Source: Camelus dromedarius
Taxonomy: Eukaryota
NCBI RefSeq assembly: GCF_036321535.1
Contig: NC_087436.1
Span: 45,634,001 to 45,698,000, forward strand
Length of the DNA: 64,000 bases
Direction of reading: 5' to 3'
Below are positions 26,406 to 41,688 of this stretch, one piece after another. Each line of letters opens with the position of its first letter. Position 1 is the stretch's first letter. A program made the position numbers and the translations under genes. Under the pieces are notes generated by a model, which did no database searches, was not told the DNA's origin, and saw only the letters and a program-made list of their open reading frames with translations.

Positions 26406-28979
26406 ATTGCCATTAAATACGCAGACACCACCTCGTCTACCTGGAATCTACGTATCTGCATTCTAAGAATGCAGCTGAGAAAGACTAAGGACAAAATAAA
26501 AGGATGCAACCTGCCAAAAGTTTATGAGCTAAAACATCAGTACTTTATACAGGAAATGTTCTTAGTCTCTCCTTCAATACACATGTATTCTTACTTTACT
26601 TACAGTGCCAACTTGCTTGGTTATATGAACACAAAGTTTACAAAACAGAAGCAACAAGGAAGGTGAGGAGGACTGCCTACGGAAGGTAACTGATAGAGAC
26701 ATGAGAGCTGACAGCTTCAAAGTCCATAGAAGTAATAAAAATAAATAGGTTAAAGTATTTGGACTCAAGTTCTAAGGACCTCTGCTATGCAGTAAAGGAG
26801 CTCTGACATCACAAAACTGTAGCATGCTATTATGGCTGGTATGTAACGAGGTTCTTAGGTCATCAAGAAAACATGTAATTATGCTCAACATGCTTCATAC
26901 AGTGGTAGAGAAAGAGTACTATCCTAAATTTGAAAAAAAAAAAAAAGAATATTTGGTGTTTATAGCAGAAAGGCTTTGTGTACCTCAATAACTCAGTGGT
27001 AGAAACACCTTAGTTTGTATGGGTGCTGCTGTTACTTTAAGTTGTTTCACACAAAGGAGGCCTCATTTAGAGCTAAAGAAACCAAGACACAAGTGCCTGA
27101 CTCCAAAAGGAATCCATAAAGATACAGTTTTACTACACTTTATTATACTTTATCATTTTGGCAGATGAGTGGTATAAATGGAAAATAAGAACCCAAGTAA
27201 CTCAGGCAATAATCTGGGATTGACCACTTTAAGTTTAGAATGCACTCTAAAGGCTTACTTGCTGAGTATGGCATGTCGTAATGCTCCTTCTGGCCCACCA
27301 GAAATGGAAACTGAACCATGTCAGAAGGCCAACTATTCACTGTAGAGGAGGCAAGAAAAGGAAATGACCACCAGCTAGGTAATTTATGTGCTTGCTAACG
27401 TCTGTTTCAGATATATGAGTGATTAAGATTCAGCATCCGTCACATTTTTTCCTACTGAGCTACGTTGTTGTAAGCATATGGCTACAAGTTCCAAACGGGC
27501 AAGAACTCTGCTTCAGGCACACCTGGAGTTGAAGAACTCAGCATGAAACAATGTGGAGAGAGCTTCTCATTTAAGGACTTTAAAAAAGAAGAAAAAGTAA
27601 AAACAAAACAGCAAAATCTTGCCTGTCACAGCTGCTTGAATTACCCAGCTATTTCCTTTCTCCCAGACTTTTTGTTGGTTTGCATGTATGTTTTTTAATA
27701 TTTTCTTATTTAGTGCTTTTAACATATTTTCAATTATCACACGATAATCATTTATTCACATGAAAAGTTGGAAATCAAGGTTAACAGGTAGACCTGGAAC
27801 CATATGGTTTCAAAAGAATCGAGTGTGCTAAACCTTCTATTAGGTGCTGGAGAAGCAGGCAGAATGCTCATGCTATATGTAGTAGGTGACATTTAGTCAA
27901 ATAGAATCACAGTCACGCATTGTGCACAATGAGACCATGAGGTTTAGGAAACAAAAATATTCACTCTGGAAAAAATGCAAATCAAATATCTCAGATAAAA
28001 ATGTCCTTTTTTACAAACAGGTTTTTAAAGAAGGATATTTCTAGTAGAGACGTGGAACATCAACAAAAGAAAATCACTTCAGGGTGACTTGCTGACTAAA
28101 GGACACAAAGTGTGTGTTTTTCTTTCCTCTGACTAGGGAGACGGTGTTGAGCCTGGTCAAGAACACATGGTCCCAGTTTATGAGGTATCAAGTCACTGAA
28201 CAACTTGAAGATAACGGTTCAAAGTTAATGCTAGGTTTTGGGCCACTGTGGTCTCATGTTATCTCTTTGGTTATCATTGGAATCCTAAAAGAAACACGTG
28301 CTAAAAGAAAAATGCTCACTTGTGGAAGAAGGAAAAATATTTACCCTTAGGAATGTAACTTCCCCATCATTAAGGGAATTATGACTATTGTTTTTCTGGG
28401 GTCAATTCACTCATTAGAAATAAAAGACAGGTCTCTTCTGACCCTCCAGGTTATCAACTGTCAATTAAAGCAAAACTGAATACAGAAAAATCTGAATTAA
28501 CTGAGGGAAAGGGTCATGCTGAATAATTAATAAAAGTTATCCTCCCCTCACCAAATCTTTACTAAAACTTAGAAGTATCTACCTGAGACGTGCTTCAACT
28601 CCTTTTCATGCTGACTTCTGGTATAACCAAAGTCCAAGGAGTTCAAGAGAAAGGAAAGAAAAGATAAGCAAAGGGAATAGTTAATGCATAAACTGAATAA
28701 TCCAAAGCCCAAAACAATCCAGTTACTGTATTAGGTTGTGTAATTCATAGTAACAATGATTTGGCTGCAAGAATGATATTTAATTGGAACACCTTGTGAA
28801 ATTTTACTTTATAACATCAGAGAGATTTCAAATTCTTTTTTTTCTAAAGTAACAATAGCAAGCTTGTAAATCATTTTGGCTTGACTCTAACATCTCCTTA
28901 ATTAAAATTAAATTATAAATAAATTATAAATTACACATAAAAATTAAACTATAACTTATTAACTAAGTGTACAATAAAA

Positions 28980-29792
28980 TTTTCGTTTAATGCTGATTTT
29001 ATTTAAATAACTAGAAGAAACTGATTGCTGTCCAAAATGAAAATAAATCAGGTAATTTGCTTATAATCTCATATTTTGAAAATAAGTAAAAATTCTGTGC
29101 AAACACACAAAGGGGGAATTTACCATTTTCATTAGAAAAAAAAAACTGTGGGAGAAAGGACAGTAATGACTGAGAAACACAAGTCTCTTGGGTAATGTTT
29201 TAAAAGTTCAGTGTTTTCATTCAAAGATTTTAAAACAGAAAAAAAAAAGCCATCTAATTCTTAAGAGATCAGGTTCTAAGTTAGTACATTTTCCATTAAT
29301 TTATCAAAATTTATTCTGCAAAATTACCAGCATGGACCACACTAATGAAAAATTAAATGCCTATAATGTATTGTAATAATAATTTTAATATTCTAACCAT
29401 TTCATAAGATTAAGGTAAATGTTCTGTCCAGATAAAAGAAATTGTAACTGTATGACTGATTGCTTTAACCCCAGATTTCTTCTGGGGCTGCAGGTAAAAA
29501 AATCTGTGTGTACTGATTATAGAAGACAACACAGTTTACAAAGCACTACTGTCCCCCTTTTGGTTTCTAATGAGTTATACAGTGATTCTCCCAGTGACTT
29601 TTACTTGAAAACCCGCAGTGAGACTACTTGAAGGAAGACACAAAATCACCATGTGTATTTGTCTCTGACGCTGAGTAGGTGATTAGCTATAGAGACAGTA
29701 GAACAAAAATTTGTTTTTCCTCTACTTTTTGAAATGAAATACTACTGGCCATCAATAATTGTTCTTCTTGAGCTTACTTTCAATTCCAGTTT
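28980..29792 (-). other. EGF: EGF 3'UTR (end approximate)
   Basis: AT-rich, repeat-free sequence between the stop codon and the AATAAA. Confidence 0.6.
28998..29003 (-). terminator. EGF: Probable main EGF polyadenylation signal (AATAAA)
   Basis: TTTATT on + strand, with ATTAAA adjacent (28986-28991) and T-rich sequence downstream on the minus strand; gives a ~0.8 kb 3'UTR, similar to what I recall for the classic human cDNA. Confidence 0.6.
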
Positions 29793-30194
<402 letters not shown>

Positions 30195-31941
30195 TTACAG
30201 TACTTTTGGTTACTTAAGATGATTCAAAAGACTATGCTATCTGACACTGCTCTTTAGCTTTCCCTGTGTACTTCCTCTCTCCCCATCTGGACCATATGAC
30301 TTGAGAACAGAGCTCTCAAGTACCTAGTACTAGTACCTCTCCCCTAGCAAGGTACTCTGCACTTAACCTGCCCTAGTTGATGTTAGCTAAGGTCAATGAA
30401 TATGGTTCTATGGATCCACCACTGGTATAGCCTGTGGTTTAATGGGTTTTCCAGGAGTACAGAGAAAGAACTGGCTCAGGGCCAGTCTTATTTATCTCAT
30501 TTTCCACTCTACCTCCCCACCTCCAATCTCTACATGCACTTTCGTAAACAGACATTTATGAGATGGCTGGACACAACTGGGAACATGATCACTCATACTG
30601 GGAGACAAGTATATAAGTGGCTCATAAAGAATGGGTTAAACTGCAACAGAATGAAGAAAAAGAGATTCTAATTTAATCCTGAGTACTCAGTTCTTAGTTC
30701 TTTTCTGAGTTTAACCATACTCTTTAAATTGCACTACTAATTATCTTGCAAAAATTACATTATATGTACCTCTAAAGGAGATTACCTTCATAAAAAAGAA
30801 TTATTTGCTTTTAGCCCCTCAATAAAAAGTACTATGAAACTACAAGATATTCCACTACTTTCAAAAATGCTACTAATAACGACAAAAACCCAAGGAACTT
30901 TTGAAAATGCTAAATTTTCATTATCCAGGTAGAAACTCTAGTAACAATATATATTAAAATACATTTTACATTGTAGTTTTGATATTCAATGCGGAAGCAT
31001 ACCTTAATATCCAGAACCCTCCTCAAATTAGGAAATAACGTTATACTGAATTTGGGTTACATGGCAACATAGGTATGAGAGGGGGATTTAGAGTGAGTTT
31101 TCAAAACAACAAGTCTATGTTCTCTCTACAAGGAAATGTAAGGAGGAGAGAATGGTAATAAGCATATTTATGAAGGGCAAATACCAAAAAAATATAAGTG
31201 GGGCTGAAGTACCTCTCATTAGCAGAGGAACTATTTTTGTTGACTCAAAGTTTCTCTGAAACTTTCTAAAGGCTTATGATACAAAGCATGTTCAAACCTT
31301 GTCCTCTGAGTTAGGAAATACTACATCCAAGCCCAACAAGTTTATCATAATCCAACTCTTGGCAAAAGTATTACATCAAATCACATCTAACTCCACATCT
31401 ACCTGAAGCAGACTGAGTTCCATAACAGTCTGAGAACGTGGGTGGATTTTATGGCCTCTCTCCCAGTGGTCTGGCTAGATTTCAAGATGGCCAGGCATCT
31501 GGCTGAGGACTAGCCCCTGATAAAACATAAATACTCCCACATCCCTAGGAGAACCCCCTCAGATCAACCTAAATTCACAAAAACCCTTCCTACAAGGACA
31601 TGGAACACATGGTCTTGGAGCCATTTGCAATTTCACTGGAACCATACCTACAGATGCCAAAATAGACCCCAAGCCCCCAAAATGACCTCAAATTCCAATC
31701 TAATTCAAAAACAAAGAATCACTCATTCTGTGCTGGCTCAAAGGAATCTAGCAGACTGCTGTGCAACCAGAGTTTTGAGTGAAATGGTAACCTCACAGAA
31801 GATAAGAATCTAGTCCAAATATACTTCTCTGAAGTTCTATGTCATTTATAGCTTATACAATTTAACTATTGTTTCTGTGCATAGATGAGACTCTTCACGT
31901 TCACGGAAACCCTCAAGATCCAGGTAAAGATAATCATTCAC

Positions 31942-32047
31942 CAGGCTCCAGAGAAGAAAACTGGCCAACATCTGCTACCAGGCCATCCTCGAGGGCTAGA
32001 GGTTGACTTCCATTCCTGAGGTTTTGATGTTCCTTTATAACCACAAA
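31942..32047 (-). CDS. EGF: EGF exon 23 (106 nt)
   Basis: ctgcag|[35 protein letters not shown](G)|gtgaat; phase matches exon 24. Confidence 0.88.
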
Positions 32048-34316
32048 CTGCAGAGAACAAAAGGGAGAGACAGAATATTGTTAAAATTCATAAATTATCT
32101 CAACATACATTAAATAAAAGTCTGTGGCTTGGTCATGTTCACCCTACGGAGGGTGGAAGCTGAAAGAAAGCCCCTGATCAAATTTATCCCTCTGGCTAAT
32201 GAAAGATTCAGTTTTCAGTTAGAAACCTTATGTTACTCCCTATTAAAGCCACTAGGTACAGCCAATACCTTTACTGAATTACTCTTCTAATTCTGGAATC
32301 CCAACTTGTGGGTCATGGATCCCCGGGGGCTACTTTTTACTATAAGCAATCCAAGAATACACAAGTGGTCTGAGCACTGTCCACTGGCCAAATAATATTT
32401 CATACATGTACACGCTCCAACTTTTCAAATATGTGTGTGTGCTTAGTTAATAAAATTCACTTAAACGTGCTACCAAGTTCTGAGTAATCTGGGCTCACTA
32501 GTGGGAATAAGAACTAATAGTGCAACTGCTATTTTGCAGGGATGCATGAGATGTCTTTTCATGCCTGAACAGCTTGGGAACCAGAATTCTAAAAGTCAGG
32601 CCCAGAAAACATCATTTCTCTTTGGTCAACAAAATGATTATTTTTATCATTGTTTGTACTGTCCACATTTGACTGGGCACTTGCAGTGCGGGCTGGGCAG
32701 AGTTCACAGGCTCACAGTCACACCAGATAGATCAGGGATTAAAGCAGACTAATGATAAAAGGAAAGAAAAGAAGTGACCCCACGACCCAGGATGAAGGAT
32801 GCAGTTTGGTGAAGTCCTTCCTTGCCAATCAGGAACACAGCAGAGGGAATGCCCCAAGGTTTTGGTTGATTATGCCCTATGGATTCAGAAGTGGGCCCTC
32901 TATATAATGAGCCCATAATGCAGAAATACAATGAGGAAAAGGGAATAGAAAAAAAAATCTCCTTGGTCATGTTCCTCTTTGAGAAAAGTGTAGGAAGAAT
33001 AATGAATGGAGTTGATTAGGGAGAGAAACGTTAGTAAGAGAAGGGTAAGTCCTCTGAACACGTTTCCATTATCTTGTTTTCCACAACACTAATCACACTT
33101 CACCATCTCCTCCGCATCAGTGATCTCTGCAGTAACATACTGCAAAACTGATACATGACCCACTGTTTAAGGGCACATGCCCACTTTTCTGGCTCAAGCC
33201 AAAATCCAGCCCTCTGCACTGCAGATTTTCCAACCACATGCCTCTCTGTCAATAGGTCCCAGAATTCTGTGCTGGGTTGGGGAAGGCAGCCAATGGAAAC
33301 AAATTTGTTTCTGCTGCTTCTCCTTCAGTTTGGGTGCTCAGCTCTCTCCCACCCGCAAAGATATCTGCAGCAACCATTGGTGTCGACGACAGTTCTGATG
33401 GCTGGGAGACTGAGCTCAGCATCCCCAGGCCTCCCACCACAGCCCTGAGCCAGCAAGCTGCTCACGACAGTGGCAAGTGTTTTTGATTTTTTAAAAAGCT
33501 AGATACACACAGACTGTGTTTCTCCTTCTCTCCCATGATTTAAATAAGATGAACTAAACTTGCTATCCGAAACTGAAGGAAGTACCATAGAGACTGACAC
33601 ATACAATCTGGGTAATCGAGAAGTCCGCAAAGTCATGAAGCTTCAAAGAACTGAGGACATTCTATAGTTAAGTCCACCGAGGTTCACACACCTACAAAAT
33701 CTCCAGAGACAGACAGGATCTTAGAGCTCATATAATCCAAATACCTTGGAGTCCTGATGAGGAAACAGTGGTTAAGTGACTCGCTGAAAATTAGCCAAAT
33801 GGTGAGAGAGGAAAGCCAGAATTCACAATTCTTACTGTATTTCTGTACTCAAGTTCAACCAAAAAAATAAGTATGCACTGAATGCCTATAACAGGCAGGG
33901 ACAGATGATCACTTGTCAGTCAAAAGCACAGCCACAGGAAAGCTATTCTCTGGAAATGCAAGTGAGGTAGAGGCTGGGGAGTGGAAGAAATGACATGGAA
34001 AAGACCCCAAATGTTGCCTTTGCCCCTCCAAAACCTCTCCCTAATAACCTTTTCCCTAGGTGCTGCCAGGTTTTCATTCCCCCATGGACCTGCCAATAGT
34101 CCAGCCTCTTCCACAATATATACCAGAAATGATACCAACAACACACACTGAACCAGTCAAGTTATCTCTGACAGGATTCTGGAAATGGAAATTCCAACAA
34201 TTTCAAGAGTGCCTGTCCCAAGTCTGCCCTCTAGTGTTGAGGGTCAATTGCTCAAGTGGATGATCTATGAAGCATTTTGAACTTCCCAATCATCCCTATG
34301 CTGTTTGGAAAATGTA

Positions 34317-34436
34317 TAGGGTTGCCAGATAAAATACAGAATACCCAGTTAAATTTGAATTTAAATTTGGGCTTTTAGTATTAGTATGAATTTAACTAGG
34401 TGTCCTTTATTTTTGTTTGCTAAACATGGCAACTGT
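34317..34436. mobile_element. MER53-like palindromic MITE, internally deleted
   Basis: 'tagggttgccagataaaatacagaatacccagttaaatttgaattt' ... 'aatttaactaggtgtcctttatttttgtttgctaaacatggcaac'. Confidence 0.8.
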
Positions 34437-34855
34437 TTTGCTGCTGAAGTTTAGGGACTTAAAATATGTGTGAGAAAAGAAATGTTAAGAAAATTAGGAG
34501 GATAATCTTGGCTTTTTAAGGCATCCATCTGAAAGGGATCACCTAAAAATTGGGAATGACTTTTCACAAAGACATAAAAAGCTGTTACAGGAAAAAACTA
34601 CATGATAGAAAAAAAACCCATAAATGTCCTGCGCCATTATGTTATGGCACTGCTTTAGCTTGTCTGATTAATTTGGGACACAGGTCCCCACCCCCACTGC
34701 CCACCCAGGACCTCCCCTGTTACTGGGGTGCTGGGCATTATTAGCACCAGGTGGAAGCTAGAACATGTTCTAGTCTCTTTGAACTCATTGAAGAATGAGA
34801 AAAAATGAACGAGGATTAATTTAAAACCAATTTCTTGCTTTGAGTACTTTAGTCA

Positions 34856-35008
<153 letters not shown>

Positions 35009-37435
35009 TCAAAACAAAACAACAGCACACTCACTGATGGGCAGGGACAACTACTTTTGCTACTGAAAATTAGGTACTTAAAATGCATGGGAGAGAAGTA
35101 TTAAGAATACCAGAAGCATAACTTTGGAATTTTAAGGTATTCTTTCCTGCATTACTTTCCAGATGATGCTTCACTCTTTCCAAGGTACTGTAAGAAGAGA
35201 GTGGAGGGCGTGGGGTGAGGCAGAGGGGAGCCATGCAGTCATGGACACATTGATTGAGTACAAACTATATCCTAGGCTCTGTCCTAGTACCAGTGACTGG
35301 AAAAACAACAACAAAATCTCTACCTAAATGGACTTAGAATTTTGTGGGGGAGGGAGTGCCTATGGAAATACTATCACAGCAATTGTGTGACACACCCTCT
35401 ATTAGCTCCATTTTACAAGTGAAGCCAGCAGGGCTGGACAACAGTATTGATGCACCCAAGGCACACAGCTACCAATGGCAGCCCAGGAGGTGGGTCACAA
35501 TGACACAAAGCCTAGGTTCCTTCCTTGGCCTGCTGCAATTTCAAAGGCGTCAGAGCAAGAACACAAGGAGTGGAACACCCAAGAGAAGACTGTCTCGTAG
35601 CTGCCAAGCCAGGGAATGGACTAGGTGTCCTGCCTCCAAATCTAGTTTTATAAAATACTTATTTGACAAACATTAAGTGCTAGTCTTTTCAAGGCATGAT
35701 GTCATGCCCTGGGGGGAGGAAGGGAGGGAGATGGAGCCTTACAGTGGGATCCCTGTCCTCAAAGCATAGCCTTGAGAGAGAGAGAGACAGGTACACACTG
35801 AGCACCCATTTAAGGGAAGGCAATGAAGGAAAGATGGTGGGGAAGACCACCAGCCAGACTCAAGACTCCAAAATGGCACTGCTATCTTGGGGTAGATGGC
35901 AGCTTAATTTTCACTAGGAGCACAATGCTTGGTCAGACAGGCCTGCCTGCACATTCTGAGGAACGGCAATAAGGAAGGCAGGGGCTGCTGGGGAAGCCCG
36001 TCCCAGAGCTATGAATTCCATGTAACAGATAGTACTAGGAAATGGTGTGGGTTATTATTTTTAATCAAAGGCAATGAGGAAAAAAAATTAAGTGGCTAAT
36101 AGAAACAGTTTCAAAGTTCCAAATTATAGTTTCTGACATTACTTTCCTGTTGATTTCCTTACAAAGGGGTCCTTCCAAGAAATCAAGTTTTATGAAGTAA
36201 TAATATCTTAAATACTTTAAAATTACTTAGTTCCACAAACATTAATCTTTTCAGAGATACACAAGACAAACAGTATTGAGCAGTCGATATAGAAAAGTCA
36301 ATCTACACAATCTGATACAAAAGGAGGAGCAACTGATTTTAACTCTTTAAAGAAAATTGTTAACATATCTAACTTAAAAACTCAATGCTAGAGCTCTATT
36401 TATTGGTATTCATTAGTAATATGGCAATGTTTAGACTGGCAGTTTTAATTTGATCTTAGCAGAATCTTACTATGTCACAGCCCATAGAATAAGAAAAAAT
36501 ACTTAATAATTATAGTATATATGTACTTAAGTTTCTTCCTTCTGTTTTTTCTACATTATTTGCCAAGCATCTACTTGTCTTTTGATGTTCTGTCCAATGG
36601 GATGAACCACAGATTATACAATATTCTTCCTACAAACATCCAAGATACTGATTGAATACCAGCCTAAAAAGTACAATGGTTACTGATGGACCACTGAATT
36701 AAAATTTCAAGTTTGTACCTGAGAATCCTGCATCTCAAAAGAGAAAAGGGTTCAGAATATGTGACTCCTTGGGTAAGATTACAGTTCATGGAAAATCATA
36801 ACAATAACAACAGAAAGCATTTATTAATTCCTATATGCCAAACTACAATAGTACATATAATGCTTTTCAATATTGATGATAGTGGAGATACTATCCTACT
36901 TTTTAAGATAGTAAATAATGAGCAAACAATGCGATGCCCATTTCTTCACCCTTATGTAGTTTTTTTTTTAATTGTGTAAATAGTATCATTCCACAGTTTT
37001 AAACTTTTAACTTGAAATTATTGAAAACATAAGCTTCAAGAACCAGAAGCTTCTTTCCAAGTTAGGGAAGATACTGATTTTCTTGAACCAAAGTTAATAC
37101 TTTGTGGGAAATCAACTCAGTGGAAGGCAGCCATGAAAAATTATAGTTACATGCAGGCTGTGGGGAGAAAAGCATGTGATGCTAAAAGAAAAAAGTGGAA
37201 TATAAAAATGCACTATGGTAAATAACAATCCCATAAACTACACAGGTCTATGAGCAAAGACTAGAATGGAACAATAAAACCACTGATATTTTAGAGCAGT
37301 GAAATCCTGGACCATTTTTTGTTTTCTTTTAGTGCTATTCTACTTGTTAAATGAAATAACTGTGTAGAAGAAGCTCATTGCAAGGAGCTCCCGGGAGCTA
37401 GAAGGAGGTTGAAAGTGCCAATGGAAGAAAAGTCA

Positions 37436-37627
<192 letters not shown>

Positions 37628-38428
37628 TCAGCAGTGAGCCATGGCCATACATGCTAATATTTTTACACTCAATAGCCAGCCGTCTCTCAACCTCTGCATT
37701 TCAGCCTCAGCTCTTTATTGGAAGCATATGGAAAATCCATCAAAGGTGTGTTGAAAGCACTCTAGTTGACAAGTTAATGCAGCATGGACTTCCCTCATTG
37801 GTCTGTTGGCCCTGGGATAAATAGGGGATTATTTGCATAGCACCTCCATAAGGCTTTGCAGAACATTGGTTAAAGACCAATCTCTGTTAGGCTAAAATCC
37901 TATCAAGAACTCTTTCGAAGACCAACAAAGCAACTCTGCCTTATGAGCCAAAGAAGTTTTGGAACAAATGTTTGGCCAGACTGCAATGAGTACAGGTCGA
38001 AGGAAGGAAGAATTTGAAGGCAGAGTCTTACTTGAGACCAGGCTGTAAAAGGATATGAGTGGTCTCTGAAGAGGAAGCACAGACTGCAGAGGAAACCACT
38101 CTCCCTTTTTTCTTTTTTTAATCACTACAGGCCAAGAGGTCTCAGTGGCGACACACAAGCATTTGCCTAGTTTCTTCAAGATGGAAAACCTAAAGGAGGA
38201 AAATCAGCATTCACTGCTGCTTCATTAGTGAAGCTGTGACTGGAATTACCAGAGACCAACACAAATGTGAAGGTTTGTGATCCTTCAGATGAAAGTAGGT
38301 GAAACAATGCTGCCATCTACTGGGAATGCATGCTTCCAGAAACTCGGGATCTTGGATACAACAACTATATTCTATTATTCTTTGCGAGAGCATAAACTTT
38401 AAAAATATTCTATTACTTTCAGATTCAA

Positions 38429-38610
38429 ACTACTATATATAAAATAAATAACAAGGGCCTACTGTTTAGCACAAGGAACTATATTCAAAAACCTATGATA
38501 AAGAACTTGTGAAAAAGATATATACACGTATAACTGAATCACTGTGCTGTACACCAGAAACGAACACGACATTGTAAAACAACCATACTTCGATTAAAAA
38601 AGAAATAAAA
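38429..38610 (+). mobile_element. Short L1 3'-end insertion
   Basis: 'ctactgtttagcacaaggaactatattcaa...ataactgaatcactgtgctgtacaccagaaac...attgtaaaacaaccatacttcgattaaaaaa'. Confidence 0.88.
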
Positions 38611-38904
38611 CAAGCAGCACAGAAAAATTCTATTAAAAATTTTGTGATGCTCACTTGTTAGGAATTTCTTCCCCTTGGCCCTGGATCCACGGTCTCTATG
38701 CCCATGTCCCCACTTTATTCCAAATGGAGGTGAAGGAATGAATATACAGTGAGTTGATACCAGTCCCTGCGGTGGGAAGAGGCAGTGTGGGAAAAGCTCT
38801 GGATGAAGCAAGCACCTAATGCACGGATGAAGCCCGTGAAGGTCTCGAGTCTAACCCCTGAGTTGGTCATTGGAGCTTTGGCGAGGCACTTTCAGAGACA
38901 GGAG

Positions 38905-39120
38905 GGAAAAGAACTAACATCTGTTATGCACCTTATGTTTCTGATACTGTGCTAGGCACTTTCACTTATTTTATTCTTGATGGCACATCTCCAGTTTACA
39001 GATGAGGAAGATGAGACTCAAAGAGGTTAAGTCATTTGTATCAGGTCACATAGCTAGTGAATGGCAAGTCTGGTGTAAATGGTTCTCTGATTTCAAAGCC
39101 TGTGTTCTTTTTACTACATT
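38905..39120 (-). mobile_element. MIR SINE
   Basis: 'ctccagtttacagatgaggaagatgagactcaaagaggttaagtcatttg...ggtcacatagctagtgaatggc'. Confidence 0.85.
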
Positions 39121-41688
39121 GGGTCACTTTCAAAAAGGGTTTTAAGCTCCATGCACCTCTGAAAAACTATTCTTCTAGAACTGACCCTGTAAGAGAATGC
39201 AGGATCTGAGTGTAGGTAGCAGAAAGGACCACCAAGTTACCCCCTGACTGTCCAGGATGTTGTTTTAATTCTAGCTGTCTTTGCATGTAGACATTTACTA
39301 TCAATGCCTAGCAGCCACTTTTAAACTGCTGAATGTTAAAAGGCCGTATCTCTAATCCTCTCAGAGATTTTAGGCTCTCAAAGAATATAACAAGCTCATG
39401 ACAAGAGACCTGAGGAGCCAAGGCAGGCTGCAATATCAAAGCCTCTCAGCCTTGTAAGGCCCCAGAGCAGCCAGCCAGAATTTCACATAGGCGGGCCACA
39501 CACCACTAGCTCTTTGGGTTATCAGTTAGTTCTTCTCCTATACCAAACACAAGATTCTCTGGCCAAGTAAGTTTCAGTTTCCATGGTCAAATAATTTCAA
39601 GAAATTCTGGACTAAACTAAGGTCAGTAAGACTTTTTCATGTGTTGTGGTGTAAAATGAATCAAGAACTGAAGGCTAGCATATGCAGCATTTCTCTAACT
39701 GATTTAGCCACACAACTCTTTGTTTATGAAATGTTTCACAGCACTGATGTTGGGGGAACTTGGGTGGAAGAAGATCTGCCTGGAAGGGATCCAAACCAGA
39801 ATAAATGAAGACCTCTTCTGTGGTCAGGAGGTTTGGAGTCCTCTGAGAATCCCCCGAGCAGGGAACCCGTGAAGACAACTTTGGGCATGGAGACTTTCAG
39901 TTCTCACATCCTCTGCGTCCTTGGGGCAGCCAGGGGGTCCCTGTATCTGAGGGGAGCTTCCACGGCCTCCAAGCAACCTTTATCAACCTTCTCACAACAT
40001 TAAGAACACTCTGTACAGAATGATGCCTATGAAGTGTTTCAAATCAAAGTTGGACTGGGAAGCACCCCCTAGAGACATTTTATTATGGAATTAAATACAA
40101 GGTGAGGTCATCAGGGCAGGGAAGGAGGGAAAGGTTGAATGTTTGATTAAACCATGTTTGTATTAAATACAGAATTCAAAAACAAAGTTATGATCCAGAT
40201 TAATAGGAACTCTGGTGATATTTTAAATATTGCTTTCAATGAAAGGTCCTTAAAATTAAGTGTTAACTTCAGTTTAATCGTCATTTTGTGCAGCTTGTGT
40301 TTAAAACATTATCAGGGGAATATGATATTTTCATCAGGATTTAATGACAAAAAAGCAGTGTGCTAAAGAGTTCACAATTCATTTAATGAATTCGGTCCAA
40401 ATGAAATTAATATGCTAACTGCAATATGCAACCCTGCAGTACCCTCATACTATAACAATGCCTTTTGTAACCCAGAGTTCAAGTATCAGAGAGAAACGCA
40501 AACCATGACTAACACATTTGTCTTCAGAATTTCACTATTTGGAATAGTAAGGAGCCACAAACAGGTAAAAACAATTTGATTCTTATTATCAAAATCAAGG
40601 ATGATTAATGTTAAGTACTAAACTTTACCTTAGGTTAGAAAATCACAGCATAAAATATGAATATGGAAGCAGATTTCTACTAGAACTGTGTTATTTTTGC
40701 TAATATTCATGAGCAATTTTCACTATTTTTGTCAGGCTGACATGATTTATAATGCAAGGCCATACACTTTATCACAGAATATAACTTGTTCTTCTATAAA
40801 TTCAGACTATGTTTCTGCTGAGTATTATTGATAAAATAATCAAAGCCTTTAAGCTTATAGCATCTATTTGTGAGGACTGGAATATTCTATCACTCCTTCC
40901 TCAGCCACGTAGAAAATTATTCATGAGTCAGGAGTCTAGCCATAAGAGACCTATTTATTTTTTGATTCCCTTATATTGCCTTCAAAAAATGAAAGTAATT
41001 AAAAATAAGATTTGATCCAGAACTAGATCTTGTAAGTGTAGTTTTACTGAAGACTCTGAGGGGGGTAGTTTCCAAGTGAGTGTGGTGGGAGCACCTCACA
41101 GTTCCAGGGCTTCTTTGAACCCTCTCTTCAGGTCGACACTTTGCCCACCGAAATCATAACGGGGACAAAAACAGAGGAAAAGGCAGCCATGGCTGCATCC
41201 AGCAGTTATTACCAAACAAACAAACCTCTAAATGCCAACTATTAGGAAGTAAAAGGGGGGAAAATATATATATATACACACACAAATAGTTTTGAGAATT
41301 GAAGGCAAGATGTCTAGTGTGACACTTTTTAAATTCAGAAACACAGCATAGATGCTCTTCATCTGTTTGGCAGAAAATAAATCAAAGTTTTAAGAAATCT
41401 TCTCAGTTTAATCCCCAGACTGTATCAGTAGTAACATCAAGATATTTAAGTAACAGGGAAAATCACCAATTCCTTAAATTTTATATTTACCACTGGCACC
41501 TGGTGTGTGTGGGGGTGTAATATGCAAGGAGGGTGCAACACATGTATGTACACACACACACAATTTATATATGTAAATGCATATGGAAAAACCTAATTAT
41601 AGAAAAATCTCAATATAAATTTTATAAATCCACTAAAAGTTATGGCTGCAATATATCTCTGTGCTGTCAGAAAAACAGGTTGACTTAC

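Noticed and set aside
41090..41185. Cryptic alternative EGF C-loop exon in intron 20 (pyrimidine tract, then ...GGGCAAAGTGTCGACCTGAAG resembling the G..C..DLK codons)
   Set aside because: The tract is followed by GT rather than AG, and no phase-compatible frame restores C-x8-C; the resemblance is too short to exceed chance.
41183..41196. 14-bp perfect palindrome GCAGCCATGGCTGC
   Set aside because: A few palindromes of this length are expected by chance in 64 kb.
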